53,447 nt of DNA, from contig CAYIHE010000001.1 in NCBI GenBank assembly GCA_964363145.1, forward strand, positions 1 to 53,447. Reading direction: 5' to 3'. Each line of letters opens with the position of its first letter. The stretch's first letter is position 1. Shown in pieces: positions 1 to 10,773 of the stretch. A program made the translations under genes and the position numbers. The notes under the pieces were generated by a model. The model did no database searches, was not told where the DNA came from, and saw only the letters and a program-made list of their open reading frames with translations. This stretch comes from an uncultured Gammaproteobacteria bacterium (GTDB lineage Bacteria > Patescibacteriota > Patescibacteriia > Magasanikbacterales > GWA2-37-8).

Positions 1-1088
<1,088 letters not shown>

Positions 1089-1105
1089 TTATTATTTTTT
1101 TATAT

Positions 1106-1191
1106 TGTCATTCTGAGTGAAACGAAGAATCTTTGTCTAGTTTGTGCTGAATAACGACGGACAGAGATCCTTCACTCTGTTCAGGATGACA
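1106..1191. repeat. MITE-like palindromic element, family B (TGTCATTCTGAG...TTCAGGATGACA)
   Basis: Inverted termini. The core GGACAGAGATCCTTCAC is shared with copies at 7243, 16666, 32766, 42047 and 43847. Fills the atpG-atpD spacer. Confidence 0.8.
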
Positions 1192-1196
1192 AATAC

Positions 1197-2150
1197 CTAC
1201 TCCAGCGCCGCGGCTCCGCCCGCTATTTCGGCAATTTCTTGCGTGATGCCGGCTTGCCTGGCTTTATTAAAATTTAAATTTAGTTCGTTAATCATATCTT
1301 CGGCCGCGTCGCTGGCGTTTCGCATTGCCAGCATTCTGGCGCTATGTTCGCTGGCCGCGGATTCCAGCATTACCTGATAAATTTGTGTTTCCACAAGTCG
1401 CGGTAAAACAATTTCTAAAACACTTTGTTTATTCGGTTCAAAAAGATAGTCATCCAGCTCTACTTTTACGGATGAATTTTTTTCCAGTTTTAATTCGGTA
1501 ATATCGGTTAAAATTTCTTCCAAATCAATTTTGGAAATAGGCAAAACTTGTTTTAATTTCGCGACCTGTGAAAGCGTGGATTTAAAATCCGTGTAAGCCA
1601 CCACCACTTTGTCATAAGTTTTTTTGGTGTAAGCGTCTATCACCATTTTGCTAATCGGCAAAGCGTCGTCCAAACCCGGCGTGTCGGTCATGCTGGTAAA
1701 AGAGGCCACTAAATTATATCCCATTTTTTTGGCAAAATCCGCGCCTTTTTTTCCAATCCCGATCACATCAACGTTTATTTTTTCATTTGGCAAAAACTCT
1801 TTTCCTTTTATAATTTGTTTAGCCAGATATTTTGTGTCTTTCATCTGCGCGGCCGTCTTTTTTATAATATTGGAATTAAAACTACCGCACAATCCCCTGT
1901 TAGAAGTAATTATAATCATTAAAATTTTTTGTACTGGCCTGATTTCCAACAGAGGAATCAACGCTGTTTGTGATTGAGAAAGATTAACCAGTAAATTCCA
2001 AGCCAGCGTAGCGTAAGTACGGGTGTCCAAAGCCGCGTTGACGGCCTTGCGCATTTTGGCGGCCGCCACCATTTCCATTGCCTTGGTGATTTTTTTGGTG
2101 CTACCTATGGATTTTAGGCGGCGCTTGATTACTTTGGTGTTTACACCCAT
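1197..2150 (-). CDS. atpG: F1 ATP synthase gamma subunit
   Basis: 317 aa. N-terminus IKRRLKSIGSTKKITKAMEMVAAAKMRKA and C-terminus ARQAGITQEIAEIAGGAAALE are typical gamma-subunit ends. Operon position between atpA and atpD. Confidence 0.9.
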   Translation of the reverse strand: MGVNTKVIKRRLKSIGSTKKITKAMEMVAAAKMRKAVNAALDTRTYATLAWNLLVNLSQSQTALIPLLEIRPVQKILMIIITSNRGLCGSFNSNIIKKTAAQMKDTKYLAKQIIKGKEFLPNEKINVDVIGIGKKGADFAKKMGYNLVASFTSMTDTPGLDDALPISKMVIDAYTKKTYDKVVVAYTDFKSTLSQVAKLKQVLPISKIDLEEILTDITELKLEKNSSVKVELDDYLFEPNKQSVLEIVLPRLVETQIYQVMLESAASEHSARMLAMRNASDAAEDMINELNLNFNKARQAGITQEIAEIAGGAAALE

Positions 2151-2199
2151 ACGTTAATTTATAATTTCAGATTTAAGAATTATGATTTTAGCGATTGGT

Positions 2200-2326
2200 T
2201 GTCATTGCGAGGAGCCGTAGCGACGCGGTCCCGTAGCGAACGGGATCCGCGATCTTCAAGATCGGGACAATCTACTTATTGGCACTACCATCCGATGGGA
2301 TTGCTTCGCTGTGGCTCGCAATGACA
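2200..2326. repeat. MITE-like palindromic element, family A (TGTCATTGCGAGG...CTCGCAATGACA)
   Basis: Inverted termini. The first ~70 nt are near-identical to the copy at 51075. Contains the 41-nt hairpin module E at 2230-2270. Fills the atpA-atpG spacer. Confidence 0.85.
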
Positions 2327-2327
2327 A

Positions 2328-3845
2328 TTACTTATCAAACTCCTCGCAAGCTGATTTTAATTCCGCTTCTATTTTTTCATCCCATTGGCCTTGAGCAATT
2401 TTGTCCAAAAGCGGACGCTTTGCTTTATTCATAAATTCAGTCAGTGTTTTTTCTGCATTTGGAATATTTTTTACCTCCACATTATCAAAGTATCCATTAT
2501 TTACGGCGTAAATATTTACCACCTGATCTTCCACCGCTACCGGTTGATATTGCGGTTGTTTTAAAAGCTCGGTAATGCGCTGACCGCGTTCAATTTGTTT
2601 TTTTGTTTCCGGATCCAAATCGCTGGCAAATTGAGCAAAGGCTTCCATTTCGCGGAATTGGGCCATAGCCAATTTTAATTTACCGGCCACTTTTTTCATC
2701 GGTTTAATTTGCGCCGCGCCGCCGACGCGGGATACGGAAATACCAACGTTTAACGCCGGACGAATGCCGCGATAAAATAAATCGGTTTCCAAGAAAATTT
2801 GACCGTCGGTAATAGAAATTACATTAGTTGGAATATAAGCGGTAACGTCGGATGCTTGAGTTTCGATAATTGGCAGAGCGGTAATAGAACCTCCACCGGA
2901 TTCTTTGTTGCGGCGGCAAGCGCGTTCCAGCAATCGGGAATGAATATAAAACACATCGCCAGGGTAAGCTTCTCGTCCCGGTGGTCGGCGTAACAATAAA
3001 GAAATTTCGCGGTAAGCCCAAGCTTGCTTGGATAAATCATCGTAAACACAGAGAACGTCTTTGCCTTGATCCATAAAATATTCAGCCATGGCCACGCCAG
3101 AATACGGAGCTATATAGGAAAGCGCGGCCGGTTGGGAAGCCCCAGCTACCACCACGATTGTATAATCCATTGCGCCGGCTTCTTTTAACCGCGCGACAAT
3201 TCTGGCCACTTTTGATTCTTTCTGGCCAATAGCCACATACACACAAATCATATCTTTGCCTTTTTGATTGATGATAGTGTCTATGGCTAAGGCGGTTTTT
3301 CCGGTTTGTCGATCGCCGATAATAAGCTCGCGCTGGCCACGGCCAATTGGTATCATGGCGTCTATGGCTTTAATGCCGGTTTGCAGTGGCTGGCTGACCG
3401 GTTCTCTGGTCATAACACCGGGCGCGATTTTTTCAATCGGATAGAACTTGTTGGTTTTAATGTCTTTGCCGCCATCAATGGCTTGCCCCAACGGGTTTAC
3501 CACTCTTCCAACTAATTCTTCTCCAACCGGCACGGACAAAATTCGGCCGGTTCTTTTTACAGTGTCGCCTTCTTTAATATGTTCATAATCGCCCAAAAGC
3601 ACGCAACCAACTGTTTCTTCTTCCAGGTTAAGGGCTAGACCAAATGTAGTGGCTCCGTCATTCGACGTGGCGCTCGCATCGTTCACAAACTCCAGCATTT
3701 CGCTGGCTTGGCATTTTGTCAAGCCGGAAATACGGGCAATTCCGTCACCGACTTCTATAACTTTGCCGGTTTCTTCTTTGGCCACTTCTTTTTGAAAATG
3801 GGCGATACTTTTTTTAAGTTCTTCTACGATGGAATTGGTGCTCAT
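2328..3845 (-). CDS. atpA: F1 ATP synthase alpha subunit
   Basis: 505 aa. Walker [19 protein letters not shown]. Conserved blocks [27 protein letters not shown] and [14 protein letters not shown]. Confidence 0.97.
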   Translation of the reverse strand: MSTNSIVEELKKSIAHFQKEVAKEETGKVIEVGDGIARISGLTKCQASEMLEFVNDASATSNDGATTFGLALNLEEETVGCVLLGDYEHIKEGDTVKRTGRILSVPVGEELVGRVVNPLGQAIDGGKDIKTNKFYPIEKIAPGVMTREPVSQPLQTGIKAIDAMIPIGRGQRELIIGDRQTGKTALAIDTIINQKGKDMICVYVAIGQKESKVARIVARLKEAGAMDYTIVVVAGASQPAALSYIAPYSGVAMAEYFMDQGKDVLCVYDDLSKQAWAYREISLLLRRPPGREAYPGDVFYIHSRLLERACRRNKESGGGSITALPIIETQASDVTAYIPTNVISITDGQIFLETDLFYRGIRPALNVGISVSRVGGAAQIKPMKKVAGKLKLAMAQFREMEAFAQFASDLDPETKKQIERGQRITELLKQPQYQPVAVEDQVVNIYAVNNGYFDNVEVKNIPNAEKTLTEFMNKAKRPLLDKIAQGQWDEKIEAELKSACEEFDK

Positions 3846-3846
3846 A

Positions 3847-4230
3847 TTAAATTAAACTAGTTTTTAATCTTAATAATTGTTTTTTTAAACTGGCGTCGTA
3901 AATAATATCATCAACTTTTATTTTTATCCCGCCTAATAAAGTTTTGTTTATAGTTTCCGTGATTTCCGAATTTTCACCAAACATTTTTTTAATTTTATTT
4001 ATCGTTGTTTTATCCAGCTCGCGTGCGGATTCAACCTCAATTTCTTTAATACCATCTTGTTTTTTTGCGTGTTTTTCAAATTCCTCAATAATTAAATTTA
4101 CTTTTGACAGCCTTTTGTTTTTTTGCAGTAATACCAAAAATTCTTTTGCGATTTCCGCAAAATAGCTCTTAGGCGCGTCTTTAGAAACACGGTATAATGC
4201 TTTTGCGTATTGTTTATTGCTTTTTTTCAC
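3847..4230 (-). CDS. atpH: F1 ATP synthase delta (OSCP) subunit, short form
   Basis: 127 aa. The C-terminal [26 protein letters not shown] matches the OSCP C-terminal pattern. Sits between atpF and atpA. Confidence 0.75.
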   Translation of the reverse strand: MKKSNKQYAKALYRVSKDAPKSYFAEIAKEFLVLLQKNKRLSKVNLIIEEFEKHAKKQDGIKEIEVESARELDKTTINKIKKMFGENSEITETINKTLLGGIKIKVDDIIYDASLKKQLLRLKTSLI

Positions 4231-4237
4231 AGTAATA

Positions 4238-4795
4238 TTAAATCTTTATATCTTCCATCGCCTCTTCAATGATTTTTTTATCTTTGGTTGAATCCAGTTT
4301 GCCGGAAATCATTTTTTCCGTCGCTGAAATTATCAAATTGGCGGCCTGTTCCTTTATCTCGGCAATGGACTGGTCGCGTTCAATCTTGATATTTTTTCTG
4401 ACTTGCTCCACGAGCTGTTCTATTTCTTCTTTGGCTTTAGTTTTAGCGGCTTCTCCGGCTTGTACAGCTTCTTGCTGTGATTTTTCCATAAGTTTGTTCG
4501 CGTCAACTTTGGCTTGATCAATTTTTTCCTGATATTTTCTTTCACTCATGCCCAAATTTGTTTCTATTTTTTTGGCGTTGTCTATGCTATCGTCAATCAT
4601 TTTTTGTCTTTCAGACATTTTCTTTGTCAACGGCTTTAAAATCAAAAACCACAAAATTACCGCCACGATGGCAAAATTTATCAGTTGAAAAACAAAAAGC
4701 GTGCCGTTGATGCCAAGCGAGGCCAAGACACTTTCTTCGGCCGCGGCTTCGGCGGTTCTTGCAACTTCGGATGCAGATGCGATATTAATAAACAT
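4238..4795 (-). CDS. atpF: Fo ATP synthase b subunit
   Basis: 185 aa. Single N-terminal TM (LFVFQLINFAIVAVILWFLILKPL) followed by a long charged helix. Operon position. Confidence 0.8.
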   Translation of the reverse strand: MFINIASASEVARTAEAAAEESVLASLGINGTLFVFQLINFAIVAVILWFLILKPLTKKMSERQKMIDDSIDNAKKIETNLGMSERKYQEKIDQAKVDANKLMEKSQQEAVQAGEAAKTKAKEEIEQLVEQVRKNIKIERDQSIAEIKEQAANLIISATEKMISGKLDSTKDKKIIEEAMEDIKI

Positions 4796-4876
4796 ACTTG
4801 CAAATTAGTAGTCTGCTATTTTAATTAAATAATCCAATTTTGTCGGGCCTATAAAATTCAGACCCAACAAATTGAA

Positions 4877-5119
4877 CTACTTGAGTGTGAAAACAACGAC
4901 CAACGCGTAAATGGCGATGGCTTCGGCAAAAGCGGCGCCGAGCAACATGGGGACAAATAATTTGTCCGATGCTTCCGGGTTGCGGCCGATTGCTTCCATG
5001 GCTTTGGCTACTAATTTACCAATAGCTAAAGCGGGAAACATGCCGCCGATAGCCATGGTTAAACCTTTCGCCAATGTGACGACTGATTCGTGATCCATAC
5101 TTGACCTTTCTGACATCAT
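4877..5119 (-). CDS. atpE: Fo ATP synthase c subunit
   Basis: 80 aa two-TM hairpin. Loop GRNPEA and carboxylate motif AFAEAIAIYALVVVF. Confidence 0.85.
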   Translation of the reverse strand: MMSERSSMDHESVVTLAKGLTMAIGGMFPALAIGKLVAKAMEAIGRNPEASDKLFVPMLLGAAFAEAIAIYALVVVFTLK

Positions 5120-5175
5120 TGCCGGCGAGAGGGTTGGTTATTTAGTCTCGTGCCAAGGATATCTTAATTAGTTAA

Positions 5176-5276
5176 TGTCATCGCGAGGTCGCTTAAAGCG
5201 GCCGTGGCGATCCCCTTGAATCAAGTCGTACTTAATCCAACGGGATTGCTTCGTCGCTTCACTCCTCGCAATGACA
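5176..5276. repeat. MITE-like palindromic element, family A (diverged left end TGTCATCGCGAGG)
   Basis: Ends CCTCGCAATGACA. Internal GGGATTGCTTCGTCGCTTC as in other A copies. Fills the atpB-atpE spacer. Confidence 0.8.
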
Positions 5277-5277
5277 G

Positions 5278-6075
5278 TTAATGAGCGTGTTCGTGCGCTT
5301 CTTCATGTCCGTGCGGTTGGGCGGTGGCCACAGTTAAATAAACCAAAGTCAGCATAGTAAATACGGCGGCTTGGATTAAACCAACAAGCAATTCAAGCAT
5401 CATAAACGGCGCGGGCACTGCAATAGCCACTAAACTGCTAATAACTGAAATGAGAACCTCGCCAGCAAAAATATTGCCAAATAACCTTAGAGAAAGAGAC
5501 AAAACTTTGGCAAATTCGCTAACAATTTCAATTAAACCTACAGCCAGCTCAATCACCGCGGTAAAAATAGCCACCGGGCCTTTGGTTAAACTTTTGAAAA
5601 ATGTTCCGATTTGTATAAATTTATTTAAATGCGTAAAAACTCCGACAGTAATCAATCCAAAAATATGGGAAGAAATAACCGCCACCGCGGCCATGGCCAA
5701 AGTTAAGTTAAGATCAGTGTTGGCCGGGCGAAACAACATATTCTCCCCGGCTTTTATACTGCCGGTGCCGGGCATTAAACCCAGCCAGTTGGAAAGTAAA
5801 ATAAAAAAGAAGACAGATCCGACAATTGGCAAAAACCGCAAAGTCTTTTTTCTGTCTCCGGTTACCCTGTCAAAATAACCCATTAATTTTTCCAAAAAAA
5901 ATTCCATGAAATTTTGCGCTTTGCTTGGCTTGAGATGGATTCGTTTGCGCAGATACAAACCAAGCGCGAGAAAAATAATAATTGCCAGCCAAGTATTTAT
6001 AATAGTGTTGGTTATCGGCAATTTACCAATGTGAAATAGTGTTTCCGGGGCTAATGTGGGTATGTGAAGTTCCAT
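5278..6075 (-). CDS. atpB: Fo ATP synthase a subunit
   Basis: 265 aa polytopic protein. Conserved LSLSLRLFGNIFAGE motif with the essential Arg. Confidence 0.9.
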   Translation of the reverse strand: MELHIPTLAPETLFHIGKLPITNTIINTWLAIIIFLALGLYLRKRIHLKPSKAQNFMEFFLEKLMGYFDRVTGDRKKTLRFLPIVGSVFFFILLSNWLGLMPGTGSIKAGENMLFRPANTDLNLTLAMAAVAVISSHIFGLITVGVFTHLNKFIQIGTFFKSLTKGPVAIFTAVIELAVGLIEIVSEFAKVLSLSLRLFGNIFAGEVLISVISSLVAIAVPAPFMMLELLVGLIQAAVFTMLTLVYLTVATAQPHGHEEAHEHAH

Positions 6076-6076
6076 A

Positions 6077-6121
6077 CACAGATTTAAACAGATTAATGTG
6101 GATTACGCAGATTACGTAGAT
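6077..6121. repeat. GATTAC-type leader repeat (GGATTACGCAGATTACG / CAGATTTAAACAGATTAA)
   Basis: Same motif family as 7819-7858, 17059-17173 and 52008-52044. Begins 2 nt upstream of the atpB start codon. Confidence 0.7.
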
Positions 6122-6149
6122 TCCCCGCTTGGGCGGGGTAGGGGTGGGT
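6122..6149. repeat. GC-rich hairpin module C (TCCCCGCTTGGGCGGGGTAGGGGTGGGT)
   Basis: 28/28 identical to 40049-40076, which lies inside a CDS. CCCCGC/GCGGGG hairpin. Confidence 0.85.
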
Positions 6150-6167
6150 GAGATTCTGAGCGGACAA

Positions 6168-6443
6168 TTATTTTTTAGTATTCATCTTTTTATACTCGTC
6201 TCCGTAAAACTTTGCCTTCTTATATATAACTTTTGCGGACAACAGCGCGGCCAGCACAAATCCCAGGATTGTGAAAAGCGGAGACTTGCCGTATTTTCCG
6301 TCTAAATATTGGCCGATTAATACTAAAATCACAACCGGAACAGCCAGAGAAGCGCCAAAGTCGCCGATAATTTTAAAAGCAAAAAGGCAATACTCCCGGC
6401 TGGTGGATTTTGGAGATTTTTGTTCTTCTGTCATAGACGCCAA
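6168..6443 (-). CDS. AtpZ/AtpI-like small membrane protein of the ATP synthase operon
   Basis: 91 aa, two TM helices. The block FKIIGDFGASLAVPVVILVLIGQYLDGKYG resembles the ATPase_gene1 family. First gene upstream of atpB. Confidence 0.6.
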   Translation of the reverse strand: MASMTEEQKSPKSTSREYCLFAFKIIGDFGASLAVPVVILVLIGQYLDGKYGKSPLFTILGFVLAALLSAKVIYKKAKFYGDEYKKMNTKK

Positions 6444-6469
6444 TATTTTACAAAGAAACTCTTAAAAAG

Positions 6470-6895
6470 TCAAGGCAATTTGCTTATAATAGAACGAAAA
6501 AACTCCTTGTCTTTGGGGTTGGTAAGCAAATCAGCCGCTTCACTTTTGTTTACCCATCTGGCTTCAGGGTTGTCCGGATCTATCGGTTTTAACTCGCGCT
6601 GGCTGGTTCTAAACAAAAACATAAAAATTGTCTTGTGTTCGGAAAAGTCATGTCCTCCCTCAATACTGGTTTTATATCTTTGGTAATCGCCTAATTCGGA
6701 AATTAATTCCAACTGATTTACGCCGGATTCTTCATAAATTTCTCTTTTGGCGGCCGCTAATTTCTCTTCTCCGGCCTCAATATGGCCTTTAGGCAAAGAC
6801 CATGCCCGCCCGCGCTGATTTACTATCAGCACTTCGCCGTTTTCATTAATTACCACTCCGCCGGCTGATTCGGTTTGTTTTGTTTCTACACTCAT
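6470..6895 (-). CDS. NUDIX hydrolase
   Basis: 141 aa. Nudix box GHIEAGEEKLAAAKREIYEESGV (GX5EX7REUXEEXGU). Confidence 0.85.
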   Translation of the reverse strand: MSVETKQTESAGGVVINENGEVLIVNQRGRAWSLPKGHIEAGEEKLAAAKREIYEESGVNQLELISELGDYQRYKTSIEGGHDFSEHKTIFMFLFRTSQRELKPIDPDNPEARWVNKSEAADLLTNPKDKEFFRSIISKLP

Positions 6896-7812
6896 AAATT
6901 AAATAGTTTATTGGCATTTTTAGCAGTTATTTCTACAACTTCGTCAAAAGACAGATTTTTTATCTCCGCAATTTTTTTGGCCACTTCTTCCACCATCCAC
7001 GGTTCGCAACGCTGACCACGATAAGCCTGCGGAGCCAGATATGGCGCGTCTGTTTCTATTAACATACGCTCTAACGGACAATTTTTTATAACTTCAAGTA
7101 AATCTAATTGCGGTTGTGGGTCTTTTTTTGGAGGAAAAGTGATGACGCCGGTAAAACCCAAATGTAATCCCAAATCAAGATATTTCTGGGCGTGCGCCCA
7201 ATCAGATGTATAGCAATGCACAACCCCTCTTACTTTTTTTTCTGTCATCCCGAGCGTAGCCGAGGGATCCCTTACACTAGACGAAAGGGATTCCTCCACG
7301 GAGTTTATGCCCCGAGGGGTAGTCGGAATGACAAGCGAACGCAAGAGCTCCACCATTTCATCATGGGCATTACGCACATGAATCACCAGCGGTAAATTTA
7401 ATTCTTGCGCCAATTTGTATTGCGCGATAAAAATTTCTTTTTGTTTTTTAAAGACTTCTTCCTTGCTTACACCATCCGGCTGATGGAAAAAATCCAGCCC
7501 GCACTCGCCGATGGCGATAACTTTTTTGTTTTGCGCCAATTTTTTATAAAATTCATAATCAAAATCTTCGGCGCGTGAATCAAATTTGGCTTCGCTTTCG
7601 TCCACATGCGATTTAAAAAGATGAATCGGGTGGAGGCCGATCGTGGCAAAAATATTATTGTATTTTTCCGCGTATTCAACCGCTCGAACGCTAGTGTCTT
7701 TTTGAGAACCAACCACATTTAAAATTACGCCTTTCTCCCGGCAGCGTTTTATAACATCTTCATAGTCATCTTTGTAGGCGTTGAATTGAATGTGGCAATG
7801 AGTGTCAAACAT
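6892..7812 (-). CDS. tatD: TatD-family metal-dependent hydrolase/DNase carrying an in-frame repeat insertion
   Basis: 306 aa. MFDTHCHIQF, IAIGECGLDF, LPLVIHVRNAHDEM, VVHCYTSDW and IETDAPYL motifs. Overlaps the NUDIX start by 4 nt. Confidence 0.9.
   Translation of the reverse strand: MFDTHCHIQFNAYKDDYEDVIKRCREKGVILNVVGSQKDTSVRAVEYAEKYNNIFATIGLHPIHLFKSHVDESEAKFDSRAEDFDYEFYKKLAQNKKVIAIGECGLDFFHQPDGVSKEEVFKKQKEIFIAQYKLAQELNLPLVIHVRNAHDEMVELLRSLVIPTTPRGINSVEESLSSSVRDPSATLGMTEKKVRGVVHCYTSDWAHAQKYLDLGLHLGFTGVITFPPKKDPQPQLDLLEVIKNCPLERMLIETDAPYLAPQAYRGQRCEPWMVEEVAKKIAEIKNLSFDEVVEITAKNANKLFNL
7243..7333. repeat. Family B element inside the tatD coding sequence
   Basis: TGTCATCCCGAGCGTAGCCGAGGGATCCC...GGAATGACA. 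Read through as VIPTTPRGINSVEESLSSSVRDPSATLGMTEKK. Confidence 0.8.
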
Positions 7813-7818
7813 AGTATT

Positions 7819-7858
7819 GCGGATTACGCGGATTTACAGTCTGGATTTCGCGGATTCG
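7819..7858. repeat. GATTAC-type leader repeat
   Basis: GCGGATTACGCGGATTTACAGTCTGGATTTCGCGGATTCG, starting 7 nt upstream of the tatD start codon. Confidence 0.7.
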
Positions 7859-7867
7859 ATAAATTGA

Positions 7868-8392
7868 TTATATTAAGCCTTCCACGGTACTGCGCAAAAT
7901 TCGAATCGCTTCGGGAAAAAAAGGAACAAAAATTGAAGCCAGTTTTACCAAAAGCGGCGCCAGCTTTGATCCGGCCAGGCCATCCATAAAAGTAAGGCTA
8001 ATTGGAAAACGAGCGATAAAATACAAAGATACGCCAATAACCATCGCGCCTTCCAGAGCGCCAAAGGCCATGCCAAGCAATTTATCCAGACCGCGAATAA
8101 TGGGAAGCTTGGTAAAAATGGTCAGGAATTTTTCCATAATCCAAAAAACAAAACCGACTAAACGGGTAATGATTATGAAGCTAAGCACGAAAATAATAAC
8201 TTTGACGTAATTTTGATTCCAACCAGTGGCGGTTATAATCCAATTAGCCAGCGGCGCGTAAAATCGGCTGGCAAGATAAACGCCAAAAATAGTGCCGATT
8301 AGCGAACCTAGTGTATGCACCAAACCAAACCACAGGCCAAAAAGAGCAAAGCCGCTGATAATGACCAGTAAAACAATGTCAAATAACGGCAT
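7868..8392 (-). CDS. cvpA: CvpA-family membrane protein
   Basis: 174 aa, 4-5 TM. The N-terminus FDIVLLVIISGFALFGLWFGLVHTLGSLIG is typical of the colicin V production protein family. Confidence 0.7.
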   Translation of the reverse strand: MPLFDIVLLVIISGFALFGLWFGLVHTLGSLIGTIFGVYLASRFYAPLANWIITATGWNQNYVKVIIFVLSFIIITRLVGFVFWIMEKFLTIFTKLPIIRGLDKLLGMAFGALEGAMVIGVSLYFIARFPISLTFMDGLAGSKLAPLLVKLASIFVPFFPEAIRILRSTVEGLI

Positions 8393-8402
8393 AAGATAAA
8401 AA

Positions 8403-9227
8403 TTAGGATTTAATTTCGCTTAATTTTAAAACTTTGTCGGTTAACATTTTAATTTCCTTATCATAATTACTCAAGGTGACAGCTAGTTTTTTGGCCGCAT
8501 CGTCTTTGTTAATTTGACCGGAAATAGACTCAATACAAACTTTAAAATCTTCTTGTGATAATTCTTTTTTCAATTCATACACTAAAATTTGCGCCAGATA
8601 CTCGCTGACTGCTTCATGAATAAAATCAGCTTTTTTCTCCGGGTTTTTTTCTTTTGTCGACAAGGTTTCATACAATTCCCCGGCTATAATATGAAGTCGT
8701 GAATTTGGTTCACCGGTAACCCCGCCCCACTCTCCACGGATAGTAGAACGATACCTCAGCTTTTTTTTGGCGACTTTTTCATTTATTTTAGCCGCGTATT
8801 TGTATAACTCAGCTTGAGCCTGCAAATCATTTTGATCAAGTTTGTTTACAAATTCCATTATCAAAAAATCAATGTAGCTTTTTATAATAGCAATATCTTC
8901 ATTGCTTGCTTCCAGCGCGCTGTCCGGTTCTTTAAGTATCCTTCTTACCAAGCGAAATGTGGCCGGTTTATCGCCAGTTTCAAACCCTGCGGCACTCCTG
9001 TACCATATACTGTACTCTTTCTCATCATACTTTTTTATAATAATATTTTTTATAACTTTGGTGTCGGACATATTTTTTAAACATTCCGGTTCGTCAATAA
9101 CCGCGCCGGTTTCTTCTTCTTTTCTGTGTTTATTCCAAAACTCCTTTATCGGATCGCGTAGCTCGTCCAGTTCTGCTTTTGTGGGAAATGGAACAATTTT
9201 ACCTGTTTCATGTTTTGGAAAATTCAT
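8403..9227 (-). CDS. Hypothetical soluble protein
   Basis: 274-aa uninterrupted ORF with host-like composition. Tightly packed between metG (5-nt gap) and cvpA (10-nt gap). No motif recognised. Confidence 0.55.
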   Translation of the reverse strand: MNFPKHETGKIVPFPTKAELDELRDPIKEFWNKHRKEEETGAVIDEPECLKNMSDTKVIKNIIIKKYDEKEYSIWYRSAAGFETGDKPATFRLVRRILKEPDSALEASNEDIAIIKSYIDFLIMEFVNKLDQNDLQAQAELYKYAAKINEKVAKKKLRYRSTIRGEWGGVTGEPNSRLHIIAGELYETLSTKEKNPEKKADFIHEAVSEYLAQILVYELKKELSQEDFKVCIESISGQINKDDAAKKLAVTLSNYDKEIKMLTDKVLKLSEIKS

Positions 9228-9232
9228 ATTTT

Positions 9233-10765
9233 TTAAGATAATCTGGGAAATAATTGTTCCGGCTTTCGAATTTTATTGCCAACGGTTAACTCTACCCAAT
9301 CTTGCAGTTGCGACAGCGGTTTGGCCAACTCAACGGACACTTCCAAACCCAACTGAATAAATATTTTTTCCGATGTCTCCGGCATTATCGGCCAGATCAT
9401 TACCGCCACATGGCGCAAGGCCTCGCAAAGATGATGAAGTAGATCGTTTACCTCGTCGGTTTTACCTGCTTTGGCCATAGCCCACGGCTGTTTATCAGAA
9501 ATAATTTGATCGCAGTGGCCGATAAATTTCCATACCGATTCCAAAGCCCGGTCAAAACGCCAGAAATTCATGGCTTGATTGTAATTGGGAATTATTTCTT
9601 TGGTAAGAAAATCAATAATACTTTGATCAACCGTTGTCGTGGCCGGAATCACGCTGTCGCAATATTTTTCTATCATCACCAAAATACGATTAGTTAGATT
9701 GCCGATGCCATTGGCCAAATCAGCGTTATAACGTTCCAAAAATTTGCCTTGTGAATAGTCGCCGTCATTGTCAAATTGAATTTCTCTCATTAAAAAATAA
9801 CGTACCGCTTCCAGCGGGTATTTTTCCACCAACTCCAACGGGTCTATTACATTACCAATGCTCTTGCTCATTTTTTGGCCGTTTACGGTTATCCAGCCGT
9901 GCACGGCTATTTGTTTTGGCAAATCCACGCTAGCGGACATAAGCATTGCCGGCCAAAGCAGAGAATGAAACCTGTTTATTTCTTTGCCGATAACGTGAGC
10001 GTCCGCGGGCCAATACTTTTGAAATAATTTATCGTCCGCGCTTTCCCACCCAAGAGCGGTAATATAATTTGTTAGCGCGTCAAACCAAACATACATAACT
10101 TGCGCGTCATCTTCGGGAACCGGAACACCCCAGGGCAATTTTTCTTTGTTTCGCGAAATACTTACATCTTCCAGCCCGCTTTTTAAAATGTTCTTCATTT
10201 CTTTATAGCGATGCTCCGGATAAACAAAATCCGGATTATTCGCAAACAAAAATTCCAGCGGCTCCTGATATTTGGAAAGCTTAAAAAAATAGTTTTCTTC
10301 GGAAACTGTTTCCGGCGCGATGTGATGATCCGGACATTTGCCGTCCGCTAAATCCTTTTCCGTTTTAAACGCTTCACAGCCAACACAATAAAGACCGGAG
10401 TAATTTTTTTTATAAATATCCCCGCTTGCCAAAGATTTTTTCCAAAATTCTTGCGCGGATTTTACATGGCGTTCTTCGGTGGTGCGGATAAAATCATTGT
10501 TACTGATATTCCATTGGTCGGCCAGCAATTGATACTTGGCGGATTTTTCGGATGCAAATTCTTCTACGGGCTGGCCCGCTTCTTTGGCAGTGTGAAGCAT
10601 TTTTTGGCCGTGCTCATCGGTGCCGGTAAGAAAATAAACGTCTTTCCCCAACAATCTTTGGTAGCGCGCCATTACATCTGTATATAAAAATTCTAAAGCA
10701 TGCCCGATGTGGGGATCGGCGTTGGCATAAGGAATCGCGGTAGTGATGTAAAATTTAGATTTCAT
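9233..10765 (-). CDS. metG: Methionyl-tRNA synthetase
   Basis: 510 aa. HIGH-type motif ANADPHIGH, KMSKS motif, Zn knuckle CVGCEAF...CPDH. Confidence 0.95.
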   Translation of the reverse strand: MKSKFYITTAIPYANADPHIGHALEFLYTDVMARYQRLLGKDVYFLTGTDEHGQKMLHTAKEAGQPVEEFASEKSAKYQLLADQWNISNNDFIRTTEERHVKSAQEFWKKSLASGDIYKKNYSGLYCVGCEAFKTEKDLADGKCPDHHIAPETVSEENYFFKLSKYQEPLEFLFANNPDFVYPEHRYKEMKNILKSGLEDVSISRNKEKLPWGVPVPEDDAQVMYVWFDALTNYITALGWESADDKLFQKYWPADAHVIGKEINRFHSLLWPAMLMSASVDLPKQIAVHGWITVNGQKMSKSIGNVIDPLELVEKYPLEAVRYFLMREIQFDNDGDYSQGKFLERYNADLANGIGNLTNRILVMIEKYCDSVIPATTTVDQSIIDFLTKEIIPNYNQAMNFWRFDRALESVWKFIGHCDQIISDKQPWAMAKAGKTDEVNDLLHHLCEALRHVAVMIWPIMPETSEKIFIQLGLEVSVELAKPLSQLQDWVELTVGNKIRKPEQLFPRLS

Positions 10766-10773
10766 ATTTTTTT

